Source: the human T2T-CHM13v2.0 reference genome, Homo sapiens. Taken from it: a DNA stretch of 64,000 nucleotides. The stretch lies in the NCBI RefSeq assembly GCF_009914755.1, contig NC_060926.1; one strand, 5' to 3'. Positions 12,326-26,200 of this stretch are shown here, piece by piece. Within the stretch, counting starts at the first letter, position 1. The number at the start of each line of letters is the position of its first letter. The translations under genes were made by a program, and so were the position numbers. The notes beneath the pieces are model-generated. The model made no database searches and was not told where the DNA came from. It saw only the letters and a list, made by a program, of their open reading frames with translations.

Positions 12326-12735
12326 TTTCACTTGCGTCCGTGTGAGGAGACCAGCAAACAGGCTTTGTGTGAGCAATGAAGCTATTTAATCACCTGGGTG
12401 CAGGTGGGCTGAGTCCAAAAAGAGAGTCAGTGAAGGGAGATAGGGGTGGGGCCATTTTATAAGATTTGGGTGGGCAGTGGAAAATTATAGTCAAAGGGGG
12501 TTGTTCTCTGGCAGGCAGGGGTGGGGGTCACAAGGTGCTCAGTGGGGGAGCTTTTGAGCCAGGATGAGCCAGGATGAGCCAGGAGAAGGAATTTCACAAG
12601 GTAATGTCATCAGTTAAGGCAGGGACCAGCCATTTTCACTTCTTTTGTGATTCTTCAGTTACTTCAGGTCATCTGGATGTATACATGCAGGTCACAGGGG
12701 ATACAATGGCTTAGCTTGGGCTCAGAGGCCTGACA
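12326..12735 (-). promoter_or_regulatory. HERV-H 5' LTR (LTR7 family), 410 bp, potential promoter
   Basis: ~94% identical to the 3' LTR; TATAAAA on the minus strand at 12455-12461. Confidence 0.95.
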
Positions 12736-13339
12736 TTATTTTGACCAACAGTGACATTGTACCAGAGAGACTCAAAGTGGGACATTTCTTGTTGAACAGT
12801 ACAAGTGCTAATAATGAGTTTGCCATGGTCAGGTTAGACCCGTGGAATTTGCTGGCCAAATCAAATTGCCACAACTTAAAACAACAGAAGATTGCTAAAA
12901 AGTACTGAATGGTTGAAAATCTGTAATCACAAAGAAAACTAGGAGATGAGCTTATTTAGTTCACAAGAGTAGCCAGGAAGCTGTGACAGAAAACAGATTT
13001 TAAGGAGAGAAATGGTTGTTTTTGAAAGGTAATTTGTTTCTTAGAGATGTTAAATTAGGATAAATGCCCATTATTGGTAATGGTAAAACATTAAGGCCTT
13101 TGTAGAGACAGAAAGAATCACGGTGCATGCATTCTGATTTGAGGACATTACTAAACCTTCCTCTAAGAATTTCAGAAAAAGGAAAAAATCCATTTGTGAG
13201 TTCTCTAAGAGCAATTATGTTTCTTTTTTGGCCTCAGAAAAACTCCCATAATGCTTGTTACTGTGCCATACCTAGAGTAAGCACTCAATAACACACAGAT
13301 GAAATGTGTTTTCCCTGGAAGAACAAAATACTAGCCAGC

Positions 13340-13545
13340 ATTGATTGAGCCCTTACTATCTATGAGCAAGGCACAGAGCTGAGTGCTTTACATGCAATTC
13401 CATTACTTCTTGTGGCAACTCCCATTTCATAGATAAGGAGACCGAGCCTGAGAGAGGGTGGGTACCCCATTCCCATGGTGATGGGGACAGTGCTGCAAGT
13501 GATAGAGCCAGGATCTAAAGCCCGTATGCTTTTCAACATACTCTG
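13340..13545 (-). mobile_element. MIR fragment
   Basis: CCCATTTCATAGATAAGGAGACCGAGCCTGAGAGAGG matches the MIR core in reverse orientation. Confidence 0.7.
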
Positions 13546-13822
13546 TAACTACATACAGATGTATGGAAATGGAGATATCTGAAGAATAAGTGGGTTTTTA
13601 GGAGGGGATGACTGATATTTATAGGAATTACTGGATTGTGTTTGGGAAGATATAAGTCAAGAAGAGTTTTGAAGAAAAATGAAATAGGACTTTAGAGAGG
13701 GGTCGGAGTGTTACAGATTAGAGAGGGCTCAATGCTATCCATTCTATCTGTGCTTTAGATCAAGTAATGACTAATATTTGTGGCTGTGAGACTGGGAGCC
13801 TGTTGACAGTTTGAGTTAAGAA

Positions 13823-14297
13823 TGTATAGTGGGTTGAAGTATGTCCCCCAAAAAGATATGCCCAAGTCATAACCCCTAGAACCTCAAGATGTAACCTTAT
13901 TTGGAATTAGGGTCTTTGCAGATGTAATGAAGGTATGGGGCTTAGATGAGATCATCCTGGATTTGGATGGGCACTTAAATCCAAATGATGAATGTCCTTG
14001 TAAGAGATAGAAAAGGAGAAGACAAACAGATACAGAGAGGAAAGCCACGTGAAGACAGAGGCAGATATTGGAGTGATGTATCCATAAGACAAGGAACACC
14101 AAGGATTGCCAGAGCCACTAGGAGCTGGGAGAAAAATATAGAACGAATTATCCCTCAGAGGTTCCAGGAGAAACCAACCTTTGTTGATGCCTTGATTTTG
14201 GACTTCTGGCCTCCAGAACTGTGAAAGAATACATTTCTGTTGTTTTAAGCCACCAAGTCATAGCAATTTGTTATGGCAACCCGAAGCAACTAATGCA
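13823..14297 (+). mobile_element. MaLR solo LTR (MLT1C-like)
   Basis: TGTATAGTGGGTTGAA...CCTTATTTGGAATTAGGGTCTTTGCAGATGTAAT...GGACTTCTGGCCTCCAGAACTGTGA...AACTAATGCA. Confidence 0.85.
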
Positions 14298-15331
14298 GAG
14301 TGTCTGTCAAGTTTGTTTCTGTGGATCCACTCTCTGTAGCTCTCTGGTTTCTTCTAGGGGTTCATGGTGCATTTGCAGACAAATGGTTTGATAAGAGGAA
14401 ACTGAGCTGGACATTCTGGTTTGGAAACTAGAAATGGCCCCTTAATATGGGCTCTTAGTTCGTAGTTTTTATGTTCTTGCTATGGTATTGTTGAAAATGA
14501 CACTAAAAGTCAGACCATTAGCTTGCATTTCTCAACTCTTCATCTTGATTCTTCTTTTAGTTCCTTTGTGACCGGACTTTAAAGAATTTATTCAACATCA
14601 GTTTCCTGGTTGGTAAACCAGGACTGCAACATCAGCTTCTTTATTCAGCCATTGGCCAGATAGAAAGAATCATCTTCATTAAAAAAAAAAACAAAGTGAG
14701 ATATGATCAGCCTAAGGAACACATGACAGCTGCTTCCCAATTCACCTCTCTCAGAGGTTGTTGCAGACTTATCCTTTGGTGTTAAAGAGTTAGTGATAGT
14801 CCCCATAAAGGGTTAATGCTCTGGCATCAAAATATTCTGGCATAGACTTATGATGCAATGTCTCAGTGGGCACCATCAGCAAGCTTGCTATGGAAACAAA
14901 CTCTCAGAGCTCTTAAAAGATGCTCTGAGATATACCTTTAATGTTGCCACAGATTCAAAGTACACATCATGGAGCTATAATGAGAATTGAAGCCCCTTTT
15001 CCCAGTGGATAGGTCTATCTAGCCTATGCTGCACTAACAGGTTCCTGAGGGTGAGAAAACAGGTATGAAAATCAAGCAGTCTCACTGTATTAGAGATTCT
15101 GGGCTGTATACTGTCCAGAATCATCTACCATCCTGACACCCTTTTGTTTCCTATTCCACTGTGTTCTTGTAGGGTTTAAATAGGGGTTATCTCTGCAGCA
15201 TTTCATCTGTGCTACCTTTTGAAAACACCTGCTGTCTTTGCTAGGAAAGAGGAGAAATATTCTGCTTTCAGCTGGTAAAGAAACAGTGCTCCTCCTCCGT
15301 TTATTCATGCTAAAAAAATCCCTATTTTCTC

Positions 15332-16200
15332 ATTCATTCAAATCTTTCACCAAATATTTATGAACAGCCTCTTTGAGCAGCCTCTTTTAGGTATTAACGA
15401 GATGGTGGTGATTATAACAGACAGTGTCTCTCCTCATGGAGCATGTAGTCTGGGGGATGGTGGAGAGACTAACAATGCACAAATAACAAATAAGTGTATG
15501 ATCATCCAGATGGTGATAATGGCAGTGAAAAAAAAAACAGGCAGGCTAGGTGGGCAGAGGGTGTTGGTAGATATATTAGTCAGCTTGGGCTGCCATAGCA
15601 AATACCATAGGCTGGGTGGCTAAACAATAGAAATTTATTTTCTCACAATTCTGGGGGCTGGAAAGTCCAAGATCCGGGTGCTGGCTAATTTGTTTCCTTC
15701 TGAGGGCTCTCTTCCTCTCTTCCTTGCCTTTTTCTGTGTCCTGGCATGGTGGGGAGTACTGGGGATGGATGTGAAGAGCATCTAAACAACCTAAAGAAGA
15801 TGTGAACTTAGGGGGATGCAATTCAGTCCATAGCAGTGGGATGATGGAGGTTACTGTTTTATGTTAGGATGGTTAGGATGATCTTCCCTGACACTTGATC
15901 TGAGAGCTAAAAGAAACTAGGAAATGAAACTTGTAGATAACCAGAGAATGAGTTTCAGACAGAAAAAAAAAAGAGCAAAGGCAAAGTCTCTGATAAGAAT
16001 ATGCCTGAGGAGTTGGAGGAACAGCCAAGAGACCAGTGAATCTGGAATGCAGTGAGCCAGAGAGAGAGTGCAGGAGATTGGACTCAGGAGAGGCTCAAGG
16101 GTGGAGCAGGTGTGACACTTTGGGGATCATTGTAAGACCCTGAGCTGGGGAGTGACCTGATCTGGTATGTTTTAGAAGGATCCCTCTGGCTTCATGTCAG
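15332..16200 (-). mobile_element. L2 3' fragment, interrupted by an MLT1 LTR
   Basis: CATTCATTCA..CAAATATTTATGAAC L2 terminus; L2-like sequence resumes after 15840. Confidence 0.6.
15573..15835 (-). mobile_element. MaLR LTR (MLT1A/B-like), internally deleted
   Basis: TTAGTCAGCTTGGGCTGCCATAGCAAAATACCATAGGCTGGGTGGC...ATTCAGTCCATAGCA. Confidence 0.75.
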
Positions 16201-16254
16201 GGAGCAATGGTAGAAGCAGGGGTTGGGGTGGCGGTGTGCACTTCTCTTTCTCAC

Positions 16255-16768
16255 CCTGTGGCAGCGAGTCTCCAAAGATGCTTTAGGACAATTTTTCACC
16301 AACTTGTACACATACGTCTCTTCTCACGCCATGAGGTGGAGCTTATTTCCTCCTCTGGAATCTGGGTTATTCTTACGTTGGGCTCCAACCGTGGGAATGC
16401 AGGGAAAATGATGTTCTTGAACTTCTGAGCCCCAATCTAAAGAAGATGAAACATTTTCACTTCCTGCCTCTTGAAACCCAGCTGTAATCCTGGGAGAGGC
16501 TCAAGGTGCATGGAGACACCACATGGAGAAGAACCATGGGGCTGTGGTTGACAGTCCCACCTGAGCTCCCAGACAGCAGTTGGCATTGCCTGTCAGCCAT
16601 ATGAGTGTGCTGTCTTGGACAAAGCAAAGCTGCTAAGTGGCTTCACTAAGTGACATCCCTGAATGGCTGTAGCCCCAGCTAATATCATATGGAGCTGAAG
16701 AGCCATCCAGCTAGGTCAGTCAACCCACAGAATCAGAAGAAAGTAAAATAGCTGTTGTTTTAGCCACA
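16255..16768 (+). mobile_element. MaLR LTR (MLT1F/G/H-like)
   Basis: GAGGTGGAGCTTATTTCCTCCTCTGGAATCTGGG...CAACCCACAGAATC...TTGTTTTAGCCAC. Confidence 0.65.
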
Positions 16769-17580
16769 CCCTCACCCCCTTCTACCCTTGCTCCTTGACA
16801 CAAAGCCAGGGGTATCCTTCTAAAACAGACCATATCATGTCAGTCCCCGACTCAGGGTCTTACGATGATCTCCAAAGTGTCATACAACCTGCTCCAACCC
16901 TTGAGCCTCTCCTGAGTCCAGCCTCTTGCACTTTCTCCTTAGCTCAGGACATTGCAGACTCATTGGTCTTCCGGCTGTTTCTCAAACTCTCCCAAGTTGT
17001 AGAGTGATTTGTTATATAGATAACTGAAACACCCCTCTCTCATTCTGCTTTCCATCTTTCTTTCCTTCTTTCTTTACTTCCTTCCTTTTCGTTTTCTTTC
17101 CCTTCCTTCTTTTTTCTTTCTCTTTTCCTCTGATCTTTGTTTCTTCTTCTCTCTTGTACACCATCATCTGTTCATTCCATCCACCTATATCAGGTGCACA
17201 TAGAAGGAACACAGCCTGAATTCTTATGCCTAAGAAAATATTTAATAAGTGAGGAAAATATCTAATAAGACAGAGAGAGAGAGAGAGAGAGAGAGATGAA
17301 GGGAGAAAGGAGCCTTCCCATGTATCAGAGAATGGAAGGAGAAAGATTCTGAGGAAAATATAAACATTTGAATAATGTATTTCTAATAATTTTTGGTCTG
17401 AGGCCAAGCTGGCTATCTTAGATCCCACCCTGGAACTGTACACATGTATGACTTTCTGGAGGCTCGGGGATTGCACTGGCATGTCCCGTCCTTCCCTAGA
17501 GCAAAGAGTAGGACTCTGAGGCTGAGGACATCCACTGCTATTTCAAAACTTTGACTTTGGTTAACCAAAGAACCATTACC

Positions 17581-18019
17581 TGTGTATTAGTTTTCAATTG
17601 ATATGTAATAAATTACCACAAACTTAGTGGCTTCAACCAATACCCATTTATCAGGTCACAGTTCTGCAGGTCAAAAGTCTATGCATGATGTAGCTAGGTT
17701 TTCTGCTCAGGATCACAAAGGCCAAAGTCAAGGTGTCAGTCAAGTTGAGTTCTTGTCTGTGGGCTTCAGGAAAAGAATCGACTACCAAGTTCATTTGGGT
17801 TATTGGCAGGATTCAGTTCCTTAGAGTTGTAGGATTCAAGTCCCATTTCCTTGTGGGCTTTCAGCCAGGGGCTGCACTCAGCTCCTACAAGCTGCCTGCA
17901 TTCTTTGCCAAATGGCCTTCTCCATCTTCAAGCTAGCAAGAGCGTATCCAATTCTTCCCCAGTTCTGAATCTCTGACTTCCTTTTCTGCAATGAACTGGA
18001 GAAAACGCTCTGCTTTTAA
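17581..18019 (-). mobile_element. MaLR LTR (MLT1D/E-like); the part beyond the MER75 insertion is missing
   Basis: TGTGTATTAGTTTTC...AATTACCACAAACTTAGTGGCTT...GAGAAAACGCTCTGCTTTTAA; no continuation seen after 18832. Confidence 0.75.
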
Positions 18020-18832
<813 letters not shown>

Positions 18833-20069
18833 CACTTGGCTCTTCATACAGAGCACAAAGTTCAGAGACTGGAGTAGAAGTCGATTTGAGTGAACTGAGA
18901 TGCATAGAGACTTGTTTTTTGATGGAAGGAGAAAAGACAAGGGCCTTGGCTTTGTTCTGTTTTTGTCAGTTCGTGTCTGGTAGTGTGGGAAGACTGCCAC
19001 AAAACAGCTTAGCCATGGCTTCAGTCTCCAATCACGGTCAATGGACTCTGAGCCCTTATAGAGAAAAAGCTCACAGGTGTGAAGCAGAAAACAGTGGAGG
19101 AGTTCAGGGAAGATTTGTAAGACACTGATTCTCTAAGTACCGCTCCAGGGTTTCAGTGACAGGCTGTGGAGAGCCTCCACTGCCCTTCCAGGTCACTTCA
19201 CACCCCTTGCATGCCTATTTCAGCATTGGCCTCGAGTGTGGAAGTGCATTCCCCAGAAGAGAACCAAGTGTGGCCAGTGCTCCAGGCTCTCCTAACAGCA
19301 GAGGAATGAGAGAGTTCTATCATAATTCTGCACTGGAGAGATAAGTTGGAATGGCTTCTAAAAAAATAAAGATGTTTTGAAAATGAAAGTTTTACTTTTT
19401 AAAGAAATATCAATGGCATTTTATAATCTTAGCCAAGTATGAGAATAATGAAATTAATTTATATTTTACCACCCATCATTCCCAGAAACATTTTTATAGT
19501 TACCCTTCCTAGAAGTTCCAATGACATGTTCAACAGCTTATTTTCCTGTACTGCTGCTAATATGCATACCAAGAAATGTCTTTCTTTGTTTGGTTCAACT
19601 GATTGTATAAAGCCTTCTTGATTATATTACTCAGAATTGTAGACTGCTGCTTCCTGGGTGCCAGGGACCTTTATGAAGAAGTTAATTAGCTATTTCCTTT
19701 TAAAGGATGTTCAGACATCTGCAGAGAATAATTAATCCAGTGTTGTGTTTCCAGTGTATATATATCACATAAAAGTAGACAAGAATGATTTTTATGTTAG
19801 CGATGTCTAAGGGTCCAAGGTTGAATTACGTGGTTATGTGAAACTTGCTTGTGGATGGTTCTTTCTAAGAACGGCTTCAGTGACCATCACCTGTCCCTCC
19901 CTCCAATGTGAGGACAGGCTCTGCAATGTCCTCAATGTTATCAATGAAAGGTGTCCTTTAGGTGGCAATTTGAGGATGGGGGTGAAATCATGCCCATCCC
20001 CAAGCAAAATGCATATTGCATGGAACATTGGTTTTCTCTCTGTTTCTCAAAATTTTCATGCTTACTCCC

Positions 20070-20610
20070 ACCTCAGAGTCTTTGCACATGCTGTTGTTGT
20101 TCCCTTTGCCTGAAATGCCCTTCCTCCAGATCTCCAAAGGGCTCAGAGACTTTTGTCATTCTGGTGGGTGCTCAGATGCTTCCTCCTCAAAGAGGCTGTC
20201 TTGGACCTTCCCCTCCATGGTCAATCCCATTGTCCTATTTCATTTCCTTTCTTTTCTTCTTTTTTTTTCTTTTAGAGACAGAGTCTCGGTCTGTCGCCCA
20301 GGCTGGAGTACAGTGGCATGATCTCAGCTCGCTGCAACTTCTGCTTCCCAGGTTCAAGTGATTCTCATGCCTCAAGCTCCTGAGTAATTGGGATTACAGG
20401 TGCATGCCACGACGCCTGGCTAATTTCTGTATTTTTAGTAGTGATGGGGTTTAGCCATGTTGGCCAGGCTGGTCTCAAACTCCTGGCCTCAAGTGATCCT
20501 CCCACCTCATCCTCCAAAGTGCTGGGATTACAGGTGTGAGCCACTGTGCCTGGCCCCTATTTCACTGTGTTTATGACATTTATAACTATCTGACATTATT
20601 GTATTATAAG
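20070..20610 (+). mobile_element. L2 fragment split by an Alu
   Basis: CTCAGAGTCTTTGCACATGCTGTT...TGCCTGAAATGCCCTTCC; boundaries approximate. Confidence 0.55.
20243..20555 (-). mobile_element. Alu (AluSx/Sz-type)
   Basis: Full dimer in reverse; TSD CCTATTTCA (20234-20242 / 20556-20564). Confidence 0.95.
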
Positions 20611-22109
20611 TTTCCTTTTGTATCTTAAGACTTATAATATTATTTTTAGATAGTTGACTTAGGACCAAAACTGAGGACAAATAAATTGTTATATACCCCT
20701 AAATTCTAAAATTAGCTCTAAAAAGTCAAGGCCAAGCCCCTGTCTTGGGTCTGACTAAATGGCTGCAGATCTGGCCCTGTTATCCTCAGCAGACAGGGCA
20801 TAGGGATGGGGTTTCTGGGAAGGAAAGGGGAAATGGAAAGAGCGATAGGGAATCAGGGACCACTGGCTCCATGTAATGGTGGGTGGTTACTTTCTCCATC
20901 TCCACCATCATCCTGCCTAGCCATGTGACCCTGGATCTTCAACAGGATTATTCCTAGGGTTTGGGGATTTAGTTGAGAGGAGGCTGTCCATCATCTCCCT
21001 GGAGAGATAATTGACTAAGCTTCAGAATGAGCAGGTTTGCACTGTGTAGATAGCTGAGTGGAGTGGAGGGTGGCAAGGGAGTAACTATAAGAGCTTAAAA
21101 TGTGTCTGGGGTCATTAGCAAGCAACAAGAGTGTTGTCTGCCTCTCACCTGGAAATGTCTGGAGGTGGGAAGCTTAATGGAGCAGACGGGCCAAAAAGAT
21201 GAGTAAGGACTATAATCTGGTTTACTGGGGAGGATAGGCACTCCCTGTGGTCCACAGAGGGCCTCAGGGGTTCCTGTTGCACAGGTCCAGGAGCACAGAG
21301 GTTCAAGGAGAGCACAAGAGTTGCAGTACTGACCAAGTGACAAGGGAGTTATCCCCACCTGGAAAGTGCTGGAAGGAGCTCAGTGTCACAAAACATGCCC
21401 ATGGTTTACACCAAGGCCCTGTCATTGGCAGACGGTCTAGCAGATGCTTTTCCAATGAAGAATTATTGAACCAGCTCAACTCAGAAGTATGATGCAATAG
21501 CAACAGGATGCCTCAGCACTTCACTATCAGCTAGAAGCTTTGTCTAAAGCAGGATGTCTAGTCAATTCCTGGCATGCCTTGATGACCATTTCATAGCAAT
21601 CCTAGACATGGAAAGAATTCTAGATGTCTTAAGACATGTGTACAAGATTGTACTGAAACAGATGTTTTTTAAATGTGAAGAAAAGATTTTAAACAGGAGT
21701 ATGACTCAAGAGGGAAGGGCGTTTCTCAAAGTGCTTGAGGCAGAAAAGGAAGTCTCTAAAACAACCCAAATGGTTCCCCAGGGAGCTTTCCCGTGAGTGT
21801 ACACTTTAAAGGTCAGGCACATAAAGTTAAATGAGCAATAGATAACTAAAAATGAAGGCAAAAGGTGTCTTGTGAAAGCTAATGACTGGACTAAATTAAT
21901 ACCCATGCAAGTGAGGAAACCAAAAGCATCATATTTACTCTCAGAACCGATGAGCAAATATGGCCCAGAACAATGTTTTGGCAACATGGCGCAACACTGA
22001 CAGGTGAAAGAGATGTCAGAGTTTCCTTCCTCTTATTTCCTTTCCATCTCCTTCTTTCCACTTTGGGGCCAATGTACATCAAATTAGGTGAGTGTGCGAG
22101 AAGCATTAT

Positions 22110-22850
22110 TGAACAAAAACTTGAATTTGAATAAATGGAGACAACTGTCATGTTCCTGAATCACAGATGATAAATCTTCAGTTTTTGCCAAAGTTATATA
22201 TAGAGTTAATGCAAATTCCTATTAAAATTCCCATGAAATTAATTTATATTTTACCACCCATTATTCCCAGAAACATTTTTATAATCACCCTTCCTAGAAG
22301 TTCCAATGGCATCTTCACAAGCCATATATCTATATCTAATATATTCCCCAAGGCCACTGTTCAAGAATAATCATGCCACACAGTTCATTACAGCTGAAAA
22401 CTGAAAATAATCCAGCAGGATATGTAAACAAATCGTGGATTCATACAGTGGAATACTGTACAGCAACTGCACATTACAACATAGATGAATTTCATAGACA
22501 TAATGTGCTGTAAAATGAGCCAGACACAAAAGAGTACATACTGTATACCTCCATTTACATAAAGTTCAAAATCAGGCAAAACCAATCTAGGTTTTAGTTA
22601 GGATGGTGGGTACCCTTGGGAGGTAAACACTGGAAAGGGCAGAAGGGGTTCTTGATTAGGGAACTAGTTGGGGAGGTATTAATTTTGTGAGAATTCAAGT
22701 GTACACTTGTGATTTGTGTACTTCTCTGCATGTATGCTATACTTCAATAAGATGTTTATATAACTTACAAGTAAAGAAACATTTCCGTGGGATTTTGTTT
22801 TGGAAGCTGACCAAACTCTTCTGCAGTTTATTTTTAAAATTATAAAGGTA
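22110..22850 (+). mobile_element. Old L1M(E) ORF2 remnant (22110-22232, 22785-22850) with an L1ME 3'-end piece (~22385-22765) between
   Basis: AATAAATGGAGAC...AATGCAAATTCCTATTAAAATTCC and GGATTTTG..GAAGCTGACCAAACT (ORF2); GCCAGACACAAAAGAGTACATACTGTAT...TATACTTCAATAA (3' UTR). Confidence 0.6.
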
Positions 22851-22854
22851 AATG

Positions 22855-23290
22855 TGTATATTGTGGTTGTCCAAAGAAAGAGAGAGTAAAAGTAATTGTC
22901 CATGTGATTATGGAGGCTGACAAGTCCCAAGATCCACAGACGGCAAATTGAGAGCCAGTGTTGGAGTTTCAGCCCAAACACCGGCAGGCTTGAGACCCAG
23001 GAAGAATTGAAGTTTTGGTTTGAGTTCGGAGGCAGGAAAAACTGATGCCTCAGCATAAAGGCAGTTGGGCAGCAGCTCCCCCTTGCCCTGCCTTGTGTGT
23101 TTTATCCAGGCCATCAGCTGAGGATGAGGCCCACCCATGTTGAGGAAGGCCATCTACTTTACTTAGTCTATTAATTTACACGTTAATCTCATCCAAAACC
23201 AACCTCACAGACACACACAGAATAATGTTTAACCAAATATCCACGCACCCTGTGACCCAGTCAATTTGACACATAAAATAAACTATCACA
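22855..23290 (-). mobile_element. MLT2 (ERVL) 3' LTR
   Basis: ATGTGATTATGGAGGCTGACAAGTCCCAAGAT...CCAGTCAATTTGACACATAAAATAAACTATCACA; left boundary approximate. Confidence 0.85.
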
Positions 23291-26200
23291 AATCAACCCA
23301 TTGCCAACTTGGCACTCATATGCATCTCTTTAAATCATACTTATTCTCCAAATAAAGAACATAAATAACAAGGTTGTAATTCCATCTAACATGATACAAC
23401 AATCCTGTGTACGAATAAAAATGCACTAACCACTTTTCCATCAGAGGATGCAAAGTCCTTGAGTGATGATTACTGTTCTCCTTGATATCTAATAACTTAA
23501 ATATGTGATAAATACAATGTAGAATTAACAGTAATTAAGTACTATGATATGAAGTCAGTACGTCTTCTATTACATGATAAGGGAATAAGAGAGGGAAGAA
23601 AAAGTTGTCTGCTTAATACACACATGCATAAACACACAGATATACACACATATTCCTAACAAAATAAGGAAGAAATTTTCATAACAATTATAGTCTTCTT
23701 TTCTGTAACTGGTCATGTGGTCACAGATGGTATTTATAACTGCCTTGTTCCACTACTCATTGTATTATTCCCTTTGCCTTCAGCAAGCACCTCAGGATAT
23801 CACAGGTCTTTATTGGTGCAGTGACCCAAACCTTTATTCTTGAAGGGTCTGGATCATTAGTAGTCCTGCCTGGATTGGGTTGTTGTAGTTTTCCACTGAC
23901 CTTAATCACAGGGGTTGGCAAAACTAAGACACTCCATAAGAGATCCCCTATATTTCAAACTTTCTCTTCTTCCTTACCTTGAAAGCCAGGATCAATCATT
24001 CCAGCCAACACAGTAACTCCCTTCTTTGCCTGTTGACTCAGAGGCATGAGGAGCCCAAAGTGGGCAGCAGTCTTCACTTCCAGATCAATGGAATCATTGT
24101 TGTGTCTCCTGGTCAAAGCATTCCTCTCTCTGGAATCAAAACCTCTAGGCCAGCAAAACAAAGTCATGGGAATAGGAAGCAAAGATTTTGCTAGTGGGTC
24201 ACTTAGGGGTAATAGTGAATGGTGCCTCTCTCATTTCCACCCCTTGATTCCTGGACCTGAGAATCTTGGCTATGGAAGAAACAGCACCATGTTTTGGACC
24301 TGGATTCAGAGCATTTAACACCTTCTAGAGAACTTTTCCCCAGCTCTACAAGTTCTGGCCGCATATTTGGTGTGTAACTGAGTCTTCAATAGGCTATTCT
24401 ACCATTTCATCAAGCCAGCTGCTTTAGGATGATCATGACCATTGTAAGACCAGTGAATCCTGAATCCCATGGGCATGAGCCATTGCCACATTTTATTTCT
24501 TGTGAAGTGAGTTCCTTTATCAGAAGTAATGCTGTGCAGAATACCATGACAGTGGACAAGGCATTCTGTAAGTCCACAGACAGTGGTTTGGCAGAAGTAC
24601 TGCATGCAGGAAAGGCAAATCCATATCAGACTAAATGTCTGTTCCAGTAAGAATGAAACTATCCTTCCCATGATGGAAGTGGCCCAATATAATCAACTTG
24701 CCACCAGGGGATTGGCTGACCACCGTGAGGAATGGTGCCTTATTGAGGGCTCAGTGTTGGCCTCTGCAGCTAGCAGTTGGGCACTCAGAAGTGGCCATAG
24801 CCAGGTTGGCCTTGGAGAGTGAAAATCCACATACTGGAGCCATGCATATTCTCCATCCCTACGTCCATGTCCACTTTGTTCATGAGCCCATTGACCAATA
24901 GCAGGAGTGGCTGGAGACAGAGGAAGACAAGTATCCACAGAACAGGTCATCCTTTCTACTTGATTATTGAAACCTTCTTCTACTGAGGTCATCCTTTGGT
25001 AGGCATTCACAAGGAACACAAATATCTTCAGTTTTTAAAAACAATTCAGAGAGATCTATTCACATACCTCTTCCCCAAATTTCCTTGCCACCAATTTTCC
25101 AATCACATTCATTCTAAGTTGTTGGGCAATCTAGCCAAACCAAAGGCCACTGTTCATGAATTGGTATATAATCACATATCTGGCCATTTCTCTTTCCAAG
25201 CACAGTGAACAACCAGGCACACTACTCCAAGTTCTCCCTGCTGGGAAGATTTCCCTTCCCCACTGTTCTACAGGGATGTCTCAGGGAGGGGCTGCAGTGC
25301 TTCAGCTATTTGCTTTCATGTGACGCCCGCAGAACCATCCATAAATCAGGCCCATTTTCCTTCCTCTTTCAAATGATGGTAAGGAACTCCCCATGAGGCC
25401 ATAGGCGCAGGCTGGGATAAAGAAGGCAGTGTAGCATGAGTGGAGTCCACATCTTCATGTAACTTACTTGTGCCTTCAGGGCCTGTACAGGTGTGATCAC
25501 ATATATACCATTCCATTTGATGATGGGGTATTGCTGTGCAAGCCCAACTTTAGGGCTTGGTGGGTCAGATGATACCATACCCAGTTCATGAAGGGCAGTC
25601 AGGCCAAATGATAACTTGGTGGCCCACAGTTAAGCATTCAATATCTACTAAGGCTCAGTAGCAGGCCAAGAGCTGTTTCTCGAAAGGGGAATAGTTATCC
25701 ACAGAGGATGCTTCTAAAATTCTAAGGGCCTGTGCTACCCATAGGGACCTACAAAAGGCTCCAAACGGCATCCCTGTCTGTCACTGACATTCAGGTACCA
25801 CTGAATCTGCTGAATCATATGACCCAAATGGCAGAGCAACTTGTGCCACAGTCTGGGCCTATTGCCCAGCTTTCTCTTGTTCTGAGTTCCAACTAGCAGA
25901 TTTTTAGGGCACTCAGTAAATGGACCACAGTAACACACCCATATGAGGAATATGTTGCCTTCAAAATTCAAAGAGACCTACTAGGCATTGTGCTTCCTTT
26001 TTGGATGTAGGAGGGGCCAGATGCAACAACTTACCCTTCACCTTTGTTAAGATATCTTGACATGCAATATACCACTGGACCCTTAGACATTTTGCCAAGG
26101 TAGAAGGACCTGAATTTTTGTCTGATTTATTTCCAACCCTCTGACACAAAAATGCCTTACCAATAAATCTAAAGTAGTTGTTTCTTCTTGGTCACTAGGT

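Larger units (their letters stand above)
6573..12735 (-). mobile_element. HERV-H endogenous retrovirus, two-LTR provirus of the common internally deleted type (~6.2 kb)
   Basis: Two LTR7 copies; 5-bp TSD TTATT (6568-6572 / 12736-12740); tRNA-His PBS; polypurine tract; gag/pro/pol motifs in order. Confidence 0.97.
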
